From Armatimonadota bacterium (GTDB lineage Bacteria; Armatimonadota; SYMT01), in assembly GCA_046292385.1 (NCBI GenBank), contig JBKBRF010000012.1, positions 1-64,000 on the forward strand: a stretch of 64,000 bases of DNA. The letters run 5' to 3'. A model generated the notes under the pieces. The model was not told where the DNA came from. It saw only the letters and a program-made list of their open reading frames with translations, and did not search any database. The position numbers and the translations under genes are program-made. The stretch's first letter is position 1. Every line of letters starts with the position of its first letter. Shown piece after piece: positions 38,922-49,210 of this stretch.

Positions 38922-39893
38922 ATGCCAGACACCGTCCGCCACGATCCCGTGATGCTCCGGGAATGCCTGGATTACCTGCAGGCCGGACCCGGCAAGACGC
39001 TGGTCGACGGCACCCTGGGCCTCGGGGGCCACTCGCTGGCGATGCTGGAGCGGGTACGGCCGGGCGGGCTGGTGATCGGGCTCGACCGCGACCCGGAAGC
39101 ACTCCGCCGGGCGGAGGCGCGGCTGCGCGCCGCCTGCGACGAGCGGGGCTGGAGAGACTGCCCCTTCCGGACCGCCCGTACCGACTTCCGCCACCTCGCC
39201 GCCGCCCTGGACGAGCTGCAGGTGCCGGCGGTGGATGGATTCCTCTTCGACCTGGGGGTCTCGTCGATGCAGCTCGACCTCCCCGAGCGCGGCTTCAGCT
39301 TCCGTGCCGAGGGGCCGCTCGACATGCGGATGGACCTCACGCAGGGAGAGACCGCGGCGGACCTGGTGAACGAGCTTCCGGAAGAGGAGCTGGCCGATCT
39401 GCTCTGGACCCTGGGCGAGGAGCGCTACTCGCGGCGAATCGCCCGCCGGATCGTGGAGCGCCGCCGCGGCGAGCCGCTGCGCACCACGCGGGACCTGGAG
39501 CAGGCGGTGTGGTCCGCCTACCCCGCCGCGGAGCGCCACGGCCGCATCCACCCCGCCACCCGCACCTTTCAAGCGCTCCGGATCGCCGTGAACGACGAGC
39601 TCGCCGCCCTGGAGCCGGCCCTCCTCTCCGCCGCCGACCGCCTGCGCCCCGGCGGTCGCATCGTGGTGCTCTCCTACCACAGCCTGGAGGATCGGATCGT
39701 CAAGCGGACGCTCGACTTCCTGGCCGGCAAGTGCCGCTGCCCGGAAGAGGTGCCGATCTGCGTCTGCAGCGCGACCCGGCGCATGACGGTGCTGACTCGC
39801 AAGCCGCTGCAGCCCGGTGCGGAAGAGGTGGAGCGCAACCCGAGGGCCCGCAGCGCGCGACTGAGAGCGGCGGAGCTGAAGGCCGAGCGATGA
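38922..39893 (+). CDS. rsmH: 16S rRNA m4C1402 methyltransferase RsmH (MraW)
   Basis: HDPVML, DGTLGLGGHS, DLGVSSMQLD, GPLDMRMD, HPATRTFQALRIAVNDEL, HSLEDR, NPRARSA. Confidence 0.96.
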   Translation: MPDTVRHDPVMLRECLDYLQAGPGKTLVDGTLGLGGHSLAMLERVRPGGLVIGLDRDPEALRRAEARLRAACDERGWRDCPFRTARTDFRHLAAALDELQVPAVDGFLFDLGVSSMQLDLPERGFSFRAEGPLDMRMDLTQGETAADLVNELPEEELADLLWTLGEERYSRRIARRIVERRRGEPLRTTRDLEQAVWSAYPAAERHGRIHPATRTFQALRIAVNDELAALEPALLSAADRLRPGGRIVVLSYHSLEDRIVKRTLDFLAGKCRCPEEVPICVCSATRRMTVLTRKPLQPGAEEVERNPRARSARLRAAELKAER

Positions 39894-39917
39894 AGGATGA
39901 ACGATGAATGATGAATC
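39890..39917 (+). repeat. (GATGAAN)4 heptamer array starting at the rsmH stop codon
   Basis: GATGAAG GATGAAC GATGAAT GATGAAT; no clear partner arm. Confidence 0.7.
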
Positions 39918-40079
39918 CGGACCCTCCGTGAACGGGAGGTCCTACTCGCTGGCGGCCTCCGGTGCTCCGGCGCGGGTTCGGATCCGGTGACGGATCCCCA
40001 CGACCTCCATCCCCAGGCGGCAGGCTCGGCTCGGGCCGAACAAGAACCAAAAGCCCAGACCCTCTCCCCCGATCAAAGC

Positions 40080-40088
40080 TGCTATAAT
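40080..40088 (+). promoter_or_regulatory. Extended -10 promoter upstream of ftsL
   Basis: TGCTATAAT. Confidence 0.6.
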
Positions 40089-40218
40089 CGCTCCATCCTC
40101 CCGGGCGGGTGTCCGCCTCCCGCACTGGCAAGCAGTCGCTTGCCGGCCGTAAGAACGCCCTCTTTTTCCCTGCAGGGAAGTGGGCCGCCCACCGATGATT
40201 CGTATTGGAGGTTGCGCC

Positions 40219-40656
40219 GTGCCCCGCTCCAGTGCCGCCCGTCAGTACCGCTATGACGACGAGGATGAAATGAGCCCCGACGGGCCCATCCCGCCCAGCG
40301 AGCAGTCGCGCTATGAGCCGCGATTCCGGGTCGTCACCCGCAAGTCGCTGGTGGCGCCGCGGCCGTACGCGCGGACGGTCTCCGCGCAGCGCATGGTTCT
40401 CCTCGTCGCGGTGCCCGGGGTGTGCCTGGTGCTCTACGTGATGTTCTGGACGATGGCGATGCGCGGCGGATACCTGCGCGGGGAGCTGGAGCGGCAGATC
40501 CGGGAGGCGCGCGTGGAGCGCGCCTCGCTGGAGGCGGAGAAGCAGCGCCTGCAGTCTTCCGAGTTGATCCTGGAGAAGGCGAAGAAGCTGGGGATGGAGC
40601 CGCCGGCGATGAACCGCGAATTCGCGCACACTCCGGAGACTGCCGAGCGGCCGTAG
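40219..40656 (+). CDS. ftsL: FtsL-like cell division protein
   Basis: One TM then coiled coil ending LQSSELILEKAKKLGM; position between rsmH and ftsI; GGAGG RBS. Confidence 0.7.
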   Translation: MPRSSAARQYRYDDEDEMSPDGPIPPSEQSRYEPRFRVVTRKSLVAPRPYARTVSAQRMVLLVAVPGVCLVLYVMFWTMAMRGGYLRGELERQIREARVERASLEAEKQRLQSSELILEKAKKLGMEPPAMNREFAHTPETAERP

Positions 40657-40857
40657 CCGCCGGGACGTCCGGCCTCCGCCGGCGGCGCGTCGCTCGCCGC
40701 GGCCGGGCCAGAATGGAAGCCTTTACGCGTCCTGGGGACGCGGTCCGGGTGCGCCCCGGCCGCGGCAGCCCTCGGGACGCGTGCCTGTTTTACGTCCGCG
40801 CTGACCGGCAGGCAGCCGGGAGCGCGGCGCCGAGTTCGAGACGAGGATCGGAGCGTT

Positions 40858-42642
40858 ATGAGCATCCCGCGCCGAAACGAATTCACGCTGGTCCGCAAGC
40901 GCATGGAGGGGGTGTTCATCCTCTTCATCCTCGGGCTCATCTTGCTGGTCGCCCGGCTGGTCGACCTCCAGGTGCTCAAGGGGCCCGGGTTCGAGCGGCT
41001 GGCGACCCGGATGCACGTCCGGACGCGGACGATCGACGCCGCGCGCGGCATGGTGCTGGACCGCAACGGCAGCGAGTTGGCGCGGGACGTGCTGTCGAAG
41101 CACGTCGCGATGAACCCGCGCATCCTGGAGAGCCCGGCGGCGACGGCGGCCCGCCTCGCGTCGCTGCTGAAGCTCGATGAGAAGCAGCAGGAAGCGATCC
41201 GCAAGCGCCTGGCCGTCGGCGCCAAAAAGCGGCGCGCCTACTCCCAGGTGCTGCGGAACCTCGACCGCAAGGTCGCGGAGGATCTCTACGAGAAGTCGCG
41301 CAAGGACCCTCTCCTCGAAGGACTCTGGCTGGAAGACGCCCCGCTCCGGGTCTACCCCTCCGGCCGGGATGGTACCCAGATCGTGGGGCCGGTCAGCTCG
41401 GACGGGCGCGGCATCGAAGGGATCGAGCTGAAGTTCGACTCGGTGCTCCGCGGCCACGACGGTCAGCGCGTGGTCCGGGTCGACGCCGCCGGTAAGGTGA
41501 TCCCGGAATCGGAGCAGATCCGCTCCCATCCCGTCGACGGCGCGAACGTGAAGCTGACGATCGACCGGGACATCCAGCACTTCGTCGAAGCGGAGCTGCT
41601 GAAGGTGGCAGAGGCGCAGGAGCCGGACGCTGCGACCGCCGTGGTAATGGACGTGCGAAACGGCGACGTGCTGGCGATGGCGAACTGGCCGAGTTACCAC
41701 CCGGACGATAAGAAGATCACGCCCGCCCAGCGACGGAACCGCGCGGTGACCGACCTCTTCGAGCCGGGGAGCATCTTCAAGGTGATCACGGCGGCCGCCG
41801 CGATGGAGGCGGGAGTCAAGCTCGACGCCACCTGCACCGGCGGGCGGCAGATCGGCCGGTACCGCGTGCGCTGCGCTCACGGGGCGAACCACGGGCACGT
41901 GCCGATCTCCGAGATGGTGACGGTGAGCTGCAACCTGGCGGCGGGAGCCCTGGCGGAGCGCGTCGGTCCGGCCGGCATGTATGACTACATGGATAAGTTC
42001 GGCCTGAACCAGAAAACGGGTATTGAGTTCCCCGGCGAGGCGTACTGGCCGCACGACAAGCCGGACACCTGGAAGACGATCCGGACCGTGAACGTGGGAT
42101 TCGGGCAGGGAGTGAACATCTCCCCCATCCAGCTGGTGGCCGCCTACGCCGCCATCGGGAACGACGGGGTCTACAACCCGCCGCGCCTGGTACTGGAAGC
42201 TCCCGGCGCGAAGCTTCCGCCGCGGGAGTCGCGGCGGGTGATGAGCGCGGAGAACGCTCGAAAGCTGCGGAGTTACATGGAGTCTGTCGTGGTAGGCGCC
42301 GGCGGCACGGGTAAGAACGCGAAGATCGCCGGCTACACCGTCGGCGGCAAGACCGGCACGGCGCAGATCGCGATGAACGGGCGCTATGGAAGCGGCTACG
42401 TCGCCTCCTTCGCCGGATTCGTACCGGCCCGGGAGCCGCGGCTCGCCATCCTCGTCTCCGTCTGGCATCCGCGGCACGGGCAGTACGGCGGCGCCGTGAG
42501 CGCCCCGGTCTTCCGGGAGATCGCGCGGCAGAGCGTGGCGTTCCTCAAGATCCCGCCGGACGCGCCGACCGACCACCGCGACGGCGCCGACCCCGCCAGC
42601 TTCTATCGCAAGGTAGCCGCTGCGGAGGAGAGCTATGACTGA
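40858..42642 (+). CDS. ftsI: Class B penicillin-binding protein FtsI
   Basis: RGMVLDRNG, EPGSIFK (SxxK), SCN (SxN), KTGTAQ. Confidence 0.92.
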   Translation: MSIPRRNEFTLVRKRMEGVFILFILGLILLVARLVDLQVLKGPGFERLATRMHVRTRTIDAARGMVLDRNGSELARDVLSKHVAMNPRILESPAATAARLASLLKLDEKQQEAIRKRLAVGAKKRRAYSQVLRNLDRKVAEDLYEKSRKDPLLEGLWLEDAPLRVYPSGRDGTQIVGPVSSDGRGIEGIELKFDSVLRGHDGQRVVRVDAAGKVIPESEQIRSHPVDGANVKLTIDRDIQHFVEAELLKVAEAQEPDAATAVVMDVRNGDVLAMANWPSYHPDDKKITPAQRRNRAVTDLFEPGSIFKVITAAAAMEAGVKLDATCTGGRQIGRYRVRCAHGANHGHVPISEMVTVSCNLAAGALAERVGPAGMYDYMDKFGLNQKTGIEFPGEAYWPHDKPDTWKTIRTVNVGFGQGVNISPIQLVAAYAAIGNDGVYNPPRLVLEAPGAKLPPRESRRVMSAENARKLRSYMESVVVGAGGTGKNAKIAGYTVGGKTGTAQIAMNGRYGSGYVASFAGFVPAREPRLAILVSVWHPRHGQYGGAVSAPVFREIARQSVAFLKIPPDAPTDHRDGADPASFYRKVAAAEESYD

Positions 42643-44122
42643 GTTGGGTGAGCTAGCGAAGGCGGTTCCCGGGAGCCGCCTCTCCTCTCCGGACGCCGCG
42701 CGCCTGCAGGTGCGCGGCGTGGCTTATGATTCCCGGGCCGTGCAGCCGGGTGATCTCTTCTTCTGCGTGCGCGGATTGAAGACCGACGGCCGCCGCTTCC
42801 TCCCCGCCGCCGTGGAGCGAGGCGCCCTCGCCGCGGTGGTCGATGCCGAAGTCGAGAACCCCTCGGTCCCGCTGCTCCAGGTGCCGGACGTCCGGAAGGC
42901 GATGGGGCCGGTCTCCGCGGAGCTGTACGGTCACCCGGCGCGACACCTGGCCCTGGTCGGCATCACCGGCACCAACGGCAAGACGACGACCAGCTACCTG
43001 GTCGAAGCGATCGCGCGAGCGGCCGGGCGCCCCACCGGCGTGCTCGGCACCATCGGCGCGCGGCGGGGCGACGAGCCGCTGGAGATGGAGCACACCACGC
43101 CGGAAGCGCCGGACCTGCAGTCGCTCCTGGCCCGCATGCGCGAGGGCGTGGAGCGGCGGGTGGTGGCGATGGAGGTCTCCTCGCACGCCCTGGACCAGGG
43201 CCGCTCCCTCGGCTGCGAGTTCGACGTCGCCGCGTTCACCAACCTGACCCAGGACCACCTCGACTACCACCCGAGCATGGAAGACTACTTCCAGGCGAAG
43301 GCGCGGCTCTTCACGGAGTATCCACGCGCCAGCGAGAAGGCGTTTACGGCGGTGGTGAACGTCGATGACGAGTACGGCCGGCGGCTCGCCCGGATGGCCG
43401 AGGGCCGGGTGCTTACCTACGGAGTACGGGAGCCCGCCGACCTCCGGGCCGGAGAGATCCGCGCCTCGGTCACCGGGCTGGAGTACACGCTCACCACGCC
43501 GGAGGGCGTCTTCCCGGTCCGTCTCCGGATCGGCGGGCTGTTCAACGTCTACAACAGCCTGGCAGCGGCGGGAGCAGCGCGGGCGCTCGGGATCGACTGG
43601 CAGACGATTACCGCGGCGCTTTCGGAGGCTCCCGGCGTGCCGGGCCGTTTCGAGAGTGTCTCGGCCGGGCAAGACTTCGGCGTAATCGTCGACTACGCCC
43701 ACACGCCGGACGGGCTGGAGAACGTGCTGCGCGCCGCCCGGGCGCTGGAGCCGCGGCGGGTGCTGACCGTTTTCGGCTGCGGCGGGGACCGCGACCGCGG
43801 CAAACGGCCGATCATGGCGCGGATCGCCGCGGAGCTCTCCGACGTGGTGGTGGTGACCTCCGATAACCCGCGCAGCGAGGATCCCGACGCGATCATCCGC
43901 GAGATCCTGACCGGAATTCCCGCGGGCGCGGGCACGTGGGTGGAGACGGAGCCGGACCGTGCCCGCGCCATCGAGCGCGCGGTGTCGGCGGCGGAGACCG
44001 GCGACGTGGTGGTGATTGCCGGAAAGGGTCACGAGGATTATCAGATCTTCGCGGACCGCACGATCCATTTCGATGACCGCGAACAGGCGCGGAAGGCCCT
44101 GAATGCTCGACTATCCTCTTGA
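42635..44122 (+). CDS. murE: MurE ligase (meso-DAP type)
   Basis: GITGTNGKTT, MEVSSH, DHLDYH, DYAHTPD, DNPR specificity motif, AGKGHE. Confidence 0.96.
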   Translation: MTELGELAKAVPGSRLSSPDAARLQVRGVAYDSRAVQPGDLFFCVRGLKTDGRRFLPAAVERGALAAVVDAEVENPSVPLLQVPDVRKAMGPVSAELYGHPARHLALVGITGTNGKTTTSYLVEAIARAAGRPTGVLGTIGARRGDEPLEMEHTTPEAPDLQSLLARMREGVERRVVAMEVSSHALDQGRSLGCEFDVAAFTNLTQDHLDYHPSMEDYFQAKARLFTEYPRASEKAFTAVVNVDDEYGRRLARMAEGRVLTYGVREPADLRAGEIRASVTGLEYTLTTPEGVFPVRLRIGGLFNVYNSLAAAGAARALGIDWQTITAALSEAPGVPGRFESVSAGQDFGVIVDYAHTPDGLENVLRAARALEPRRVLTVFGCGGDRDRGKRPIMARIAAELSDVVVVTSDNPRSEDPDAIIREILTGIPAGAGTWVETEPDRARAIERAVSAAETGDVVVIAGKGHEDYQIFADRTIHFDDREQARKALNARLSS

Positions 44123-45548
44123 GCTCCTCGCCCGCGTAATGGGCGCATCGCTCCGCTACCCCGAGGGCGGCACCGCGCGCGGGCCGGTTACCGGCGCCTG
44201 CACCGACTCTCGCAAGGTCCAGGCCGGCTTCCTCTTCTTCGCGCTGGAAGGCGAGCGGGTCGACGGCCACCGGTTCGTTCCGCAGGTGCTCGCCGAGGGC
44301 GCCGCCGCGGCCGTGGTCCGTGCCGGCTATACCCCGCCCGCCGATCTTGCCGGGCCGCTGCTCGAGGTGCCCGATCCGGTGCTGGCGCTCGGCGAGCTCG
44401 GCCTCTGGCACCGCAACCGCCACCCGGTGCGGGTGGTGGCGGTCACCGGTAGCGTCGGGAAGACCACGACCAAGGACCTCGTCGCCGCGGTGCTGGGGCA
44501 GCAGTTCCGCACCCTGAAGAGCCCGGGGAACTACAACACCGAGATCGGGCTGCCGCTGGCGCTGCTGGAGCTGCGGCCGGAGCACGAGGCGGCGGTGGTG
44601 GAGCTCTCCATGCGGGGTCCGGGGCAGATCGCCTACCTGGCGCGCCTGGCTCGACCGGAGGCGGCGATCATCACCAACATCGGACTCTCGCACCTGGAGC
44701 TGCTCGGCTCACAGGACGCGATCGCCGCCGCCAAGGGCGAGGTGCTCGACTTCCTCCCCACCCGGGGCGCGGCGATACTGCCGGCGGACGACGCCTACTT
44801 CGAGACGCTCCGCGGCCGCCTGCTGCCGGACGTCCGCTGTATCGCGTTCGGAGAGCAGTCTCGCGGCGGGGAACAGGTCTCCGGCTCTTACTTCGGCCCC
44901 TCCGCTCCTCCCACCGGCCGGGGCACCAACGGCGCGCTCGGGTCCCGGTTCGCGCTCCACCCGCGCGGCAAGCCGACCCAGAGGGCGTGGATGCCGCTGC
45001 TGGGCCGGCACAACATGCGCAACGCGCTCGCCGCCGCCGCGGCGGGCGCCGCGCTGGGGATCACCTGGGCTCGGATCGCGCGGGGGCTCGCGCAGGCCGA
45101 GATCTCCGGCATGCGGATGGAGACGCACCGGCTGAGCGACGGCTCTCTAATTCTGGATGACGCCTACAACGCGAGCAGCCCGGAGGCGATGTTCGGTGCT
45201 CTGGAGGTACTACGGGAGGTCGACGGCCTTCGCCGGACAGCGGTGCTCGGAAGCATGCTGGAGCTCGGTCCCGCCTCCGAAGACGCCCACCGGCGGGTCG
45301 GCGAGGCGGTCGCGGCGCACCCGCCCGGGTTCCTGGTCACGGTCGGCGAGGGCGGGCGGCTCATCGCGGAGGCGGCGAAGGACGCAGGCTACTCGGACGA
45401 CCGGATCGCCGTCTGCGCCTCCAACGACGAGGCGATCGAGACCCTCCGGGAGCGCCGCAGGCCCGGCGACGTGATCCTGGTGAAGGGGAGCCGCGGCGTG
45501 GCGATGGAGTCGATCGTGCGCGCGCTGCGCGAGGACGCCGATGCCTGA
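44103..45548 (+). CDS. murF: MurF ligase
   Basis: VTGSVGKTTTK, NTEIGLP, DDAYNAS, MLELG, VKGSRG. Confidence 0.95.
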   Translation: MLDYPLELLARVMGASLRYPEGGTARGPVTGACTDSRKVQAGFLFFALEGERVDGHRFVPQVLAEGAAAAVVRAGYTPPADLAGPLLEVPDPVLALGELGLWHRNRHPVRVVAVTGSVGKTTTKDLVAAVLGQQFRTLKSPGNYNTEIGLPLALLELRPEHEAAVVELSMRGPGQIAYLARLARPEAAIITNIGLSHLELLGSQDAIAAAKGEVLDFLPTRGAAILPADDAYFETLRGRLLPDVRCIAFGEQSRGGEQVSGSYFGPSAPPTGRGTNGALGSRFALHPRGKPTQRAWMPLLGRHNMRNALAAAAAGAALGITWARIARGLAQAEISGMRMETHRLSDGSLILDDAYNASSPEAMFGALEVLREVDGLRRTAVLGSMLELGPASEDAHRRVGEAVAAHPPGFLVTVGEGGRLIAEAAKDAGYSDDRIAVCASNDEAIETLRERRRPGDVILVKGSRGVAMESIVRALREDADA

Positions 45549-46587
45549 GCTGAGCAGCCTGTTCGTGCCGTTCCTGCTCGGCCTGGTTGCCGCGCTCGCC
45601 GGCGGCGCCTGGATGATCCCGGTCCTCCGCAGGCTCAAGGCGGGACAGACGATCAGCACCGACGCGCCGGAGCGCCACCTGGCGAAGGGCGGCACGCCGA
45701 CCATGGGCGGCGCCATCATCCTGTCCGGCGGCCTGATCGGCAGCCTGGCGGTGCTCGGCTGGGCGCCTCGCGACTTGCGCCTGCTGGCCGCCGTGGGGCT
45801 CTGCACCTTCGGTTTCGGGCTGATCGGGTTCATCGACGACTACCTGATCATCAAGCGGGGCAAGAACCTGGGCCTCCGTGCCCGGGAGAAGCTGCTGCTC
45901 CAGTTCCTGGTCGCCATCGCGTTCGTCTGGTGGCACTACGTGGAAGCGGGCTCGCCGGGCCCCTGGGTGGCGGCCACCGATCCTGTGGCGCTCGGACCTT
46001 TCGGCGGCTTCCTGAAGCTCATTTCGTGGCCGCCGCTGGTGCTCGCCTACGAGGTTCTGCTTCTGGTCGGCATGTCGAACGCGGTCAACCTCACCGACGG
46101 CCTCGACGGCCTGGCAGCGGGTGTCAGCCTGCCGGTCTGGATCGGGCTGGCGCTGCTGGCGGCGTTCGGGGCATTTGCCACGATTCGACCCGGCGAGCAG
46201 CCGGTCTCCTATCCCGGCGTCGCCACCTTCTGCGCGGCGATGGCGGGCGGCACGCTCGGCTACCTCTGGTACAACGCCCACCCGGCGCAGGTCTTCATGG
46301 GCGACACCGGCTCCCTGGCGATCGGCGGCGGGATCGCCGCTGCTGCGATTGCCTGCGGGCATGAGTGGACGGTGCTGCTGCTCGGGCTGGTCCACGTCGT
46401 CGAAGCCGGCTCCGTCACGGCGCAGGTGATCTCCTTCAAGACGACCGGACGCCGCATTCTAAAGATGTCCCCTCTCCACCACCACTTCGAGCTGTGCGAC
46501 TGGCCGGAGACGCGCATCGTGGCGCGGTTCGCGATCGCCAGCACGCTCTGCGTAATCGGGGCGCTCGCCTGGGTGATGCGCGGATGA
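45541..46587 (+). CDS. mraY: Phospho-MurNAc-pentapeptide transferase MraY
   Basis: KGGTPTMGG, IDD, NAVNLTDGLDGL, FMGDTGS, PLHHHFE. Confidence 0.96.
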   Translation: MPELSSLFVPFLLGLVAALAGGAWMIPVLRRLKAGQTISTDAPERHLAKGGTPTMGGAIILSGGLIGSLAVLGWAPRDLRLLAAVGLCTFGFGLIGFIDDYLIIKRGKNLGLRAREKLLLQFLVAIAFVWWHYVEAGSPGPWVAATDPVALGPFGGFLKLISWPPLVLAYEVLLLVGMSNAVNLTDGLDGLAAGVSLPVWIGLALLAAFGAFATIRPGEQPVSYPGVATFCAAMAGGTLGYLWYNAHPAQVFMGDTGSLAIGGGIAAAAIACGHEWTVLLLGLVHVVEAGSVTAQVISFKTTGRRILKMSPLHHHFELCDWPETRIVARFAIASTLCVIGALAWVMRG

Positions 46588-47990
46588 GCCACGCCAGCGA
46601 ATTTGCCGGAAAGAAGATCGCCGTCATCGGCGCGGCCGCCACCGGCCTGGCGGCCGCGCCGGTGCTCTCTCGGCTCGGGGCCGCGGTTCGCGTCTACGAC
46701 TCCCGTCCCGCCGCGGAGCTGGGCGCCGCTCCGGAGAAGCTCCGCGACTTCGCCGAGCTCCGGCTGGGCGATCCGGGCTATCCCGGTATCGAGGAGTGCG
46801 ACCTGATCGTGCCCAGCCCCGGCGTGCCGATGGACGCGGAGGTGCTGCAGGCGGCGGTCCGCCGCGGCACCCCGGTCCTCTCCGAGATCGAGGTGGCGTA
46901 CCGGCTCGCCCGGGCGCCGATCGTCGCCGTGACCGGCACCAACGGCAAGACCACCACCGTGATGATGTCGGCCGAGGTGCTCGGCGCCGAAGGCGGGGCG
47001 GTACAGGTGGCCGGCAACGTGCTGGCGGGCGGGTTCCAGGTGCCGCTCGTGCGCGCCGCGGAAGAGGTGCCCGCAGAGGCCTGGATCGTCTCCGAGGTGA
47101 GCAGCTTCCAGCTCGAGTGGGTGGCGGGTTTCCGTCCCAGAATCGCCGTGATTACCAACATCACCGCGGACCATTTGAACCGACATAAGACGGTGGAGCG
47201 ATACGTAGCGGCGAAGGCGCGCCTGCTCGAGTCCCAGACCGCCTCCGACTGGACCGTCCTCAACCTGGAGAACCCGGCGACCCGCGACCTGATGCCGGCG
47301 GCCCGGGGACGCCTCCTGCGGTTCGGCCGGAGCACCCACGAGTGGGAAGGCACCTGGACCGAAGAGCGCGGCGGCCGGCGCTGGATCCGGGGCCGGCTGC
47401 GAGATCGGGTGGTCGACATCGCCCCGGTCGATGCGCTGAAGGTACCCGGCGAGCACACCGTGGAGAACGCGCTCGCGGCGGCGGCGGTCGGGCTGGCGGC
47501 GGGCATTGCGCCGGAGGCGATCGGCCGGGCGCTGGGCGAGTTCCGCGGCGTGGCCGACCGAATGGAGCTGGTGCGGCAGATCGACGGCGTCGACTATGTA
47601 AACAACACGATGTGCACCAATGTCGACGCGGCGGTCCGAAGCATCGAGGCGTATTCCCGGCCGGTGGTGCTGATCGCCGGGGGGCGGAACAAGGATCTCG
47701 ACCTGGAGCCGCTGGGACGCTGCATCGCGGAGCGGGTGAAGAGCCTGGTCGCCATCGGTACGGACGGCCCGCACATTGCGGAGAGCGCGCGGCGCCACGG
47801 CTTCGACCGGATCCGCACCGCGGGCTCGATGGAAGAGGCGGTCCGCGCGGCGCGGGATGAGGCGGAAGCCGGCGATGTGGTGTTGCTGGCGCCCGCCTGC
47901 GCCAGCTTCGATTGGTACAGCAGCTTTGAGGAGCGCGGACGCGACTTCCGCCAACAGGTGAACCGGCTGGTTGAAAACCGGCCCCAATGA
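46584..47990 (+). CDS. murD: MurD ligase
   Basis: PSPGVP, AVTGTNGKTTT, EVSSFQL, DHLNRH, LAPACASFD...ERG; ATG 46584 overlaps the mraY stop. Confidence 0.94.
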   Translation: MSHASEFAGKKIAVIGAAATGLAAAPVLSRLGAAVRVYDSRPAAELGAAPEKLRDFAELRLGDPGYPGIEECDLIVPSPGVPMDAEVLQAAVRRGTPVLSEIEVAYRLARAPIVAVTGTNGKTTTVMMSAEVLGAEGGAVQVAGNVLAGGFQVPLVRAAEEVPAEAWIVSEVSSFQLEWVAGFRPRIAVITNITADHLNRHKTVERYVAAKARLLESQTASDWTVLNLENPATRDLMPAARGRLLRFGRSTHEWEGTWTEERGGRRWIRGRLRDRVVDIAPVDALKVPGEHTVENALAAAAVGLAAGIAPEAIGRALGEFRGVADRMELVRQIDGVDYVNNTMCTNVDAAVRSIEAYSRPVVLIAGGRNKDLDLEPLGRCIAERVKSLVAIGTDGPHIAESARRHGFDRIRTAGSMEEAVRAARDEAEAGDVVLLAPACASFDWYSSFEERGRDFRQQVNRLVENRPQ

Positions 47991-49210
47991 AAGAGGGACG
48001 AGGTAGTATGCAAGCCGTCCAGGAACGACAGCGCTGCGATTGGCAGCTACTGATGATCACCGTCCTGCTGCTGATTCTCGGCACGGCGGTGGTCCTCTCC
48101 TCGAGCTGGGTGCTCGGGACGGAGTCGTTCGGCAACGATGGCTTCTACTTCTTCAAGCGGCAGGTCCAGTGGGCCGGCCTGGCGCTGGTGGCGCTCACCC
48201 TGACCCTGCGATTCCCCTACTGGCATTTTCGCGATTGGAAGCTCTGGGGCGTCGGGCTGGCCGCGGCCTTCGCACTGCTGGTGGCGGTGCTCGTCATCGG
48301 CAAAGAGGTGAACGGCTCCAAGCGCTGGATCAGCGTCGGCCCGATCGGCTTCCAGCCGTCCGAGTTCGCCAAGGTAATGATGGTCGTCTTCCTCGCCCGC
48401 TACTCGGAGCTGTGGCGCGGCCGCATCCAGCACCTCACCAAGGGGTTCTTGCCGCCGGTCATCACGGTACTCGGCCTCGGCGCGCTGGTGGCGAAGGAAG
48501 ACCTCGGCACCGCGATCGTCCTGATCGGCACCGGGCTGCTGATGATCGTGATGATGGGCGCCCGCAAGCGGCACGTGGCCGGGCTGATCGCCTTTGCGGT
48601 GCTCGCCGGGTGCGTCTTGATCGCGGTGGAGCCCTACCGCCAGGAGCGCATCAGCGCCTGGATCAAGGTCGTCTCCAATCCGGTCGCGGCGTATCAGGAT
48701 GCCGCCTACCAGCCGTCGCAGGGACTCATCGCCCTCGGCAGCGGCGGGCTCAAGGGCAACGGCGTGATGCTCGGCACCGCCAAGCACCTCTACCTGCCGG
48801 AAGCGCACACCGACTACATCCTCTCCACCGTAGGGGAGGAGACCGGCTTCCTGGGCTGCGTGGCGCTGCTGCTCCTCTTCGCCTGGCTGCTGATCCGCGG
48901 GCTGACGATCGCCCACCGGACGCGGGACTGGTTTGGAAGCCTGATCGCCGCCGGAATGACCTCCATGATCGCGCTGCAGGCGATGCTGAACGTGGCCGTG
49001 GTCACGAGCATCTTCCCCTGCACCGGCGTGCCGCTGCCGTTCATCAGCTACGGCGGCACCTCGCTGCTGTTCACCGCGGTGGCGATCGGAATGGTGTTGA
49101 ACGTGTCGCAGTATCCCGGAGGGCCTCCGGCGATGGCGAGGGAGAAACGTCGACGTGAGAGTCGTGCTGACGGGTGGCGGAACCGGCGGGCACATCTATC
49201 CCGCTCTTAG
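47987..49210 (+). CDS. ftsW: SEDS peptidoglycan polymerase FtsW
   Basis: NGSKRW, FQPSEFAK, LPEAHTDY, GEETG, TGVPLPFISYGGTS; start may be 48008. Confidence 0.95.
   Translation: MKEGRGSMQAVQERQRCDWQLLMITVLLLILGTAVVLSSSWVLGTESFGNDGFYFFKRQVQWAGLALVALTLTLRFPYWHFRDWKLWGVGLAAAFALLVAVLVIGKEVNGSKRWISVGPIGFQPSEFAKVMMVVFLARYSELWRGRIQHLTKGFLPPVITVLGLGALVAKEDLGTAIVLIGTGLLMIVMMGARKRHVAGLIAFAVLAGCVLIAVEPYRQERISAWIKVVSNPVAAYQDAAYQPSQGLIALGSGGLKGNGVMLGTAKHLYLPEAHTDYILSTVGEETGFLGCVALLLLFAWLLIRGLTIAHRTRDWFGSLIAAGMTSMIALQAMLNVAVVTSIFPCTGVPLPFISYGGTSLLFTAVAIGMVLNVSQYPGGPPAMAREKRRRESRADGWRNRRAHLSRS

Noticed and set aside
46365..46583. N-terminal extensions of murD, rsmH, Uma2, E1 alpha and the first DUF881 in the ORF track
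   Set aside because: Longest-ORF artefacts; downstream starts fit RBS, gene overlap or family N-termini better.
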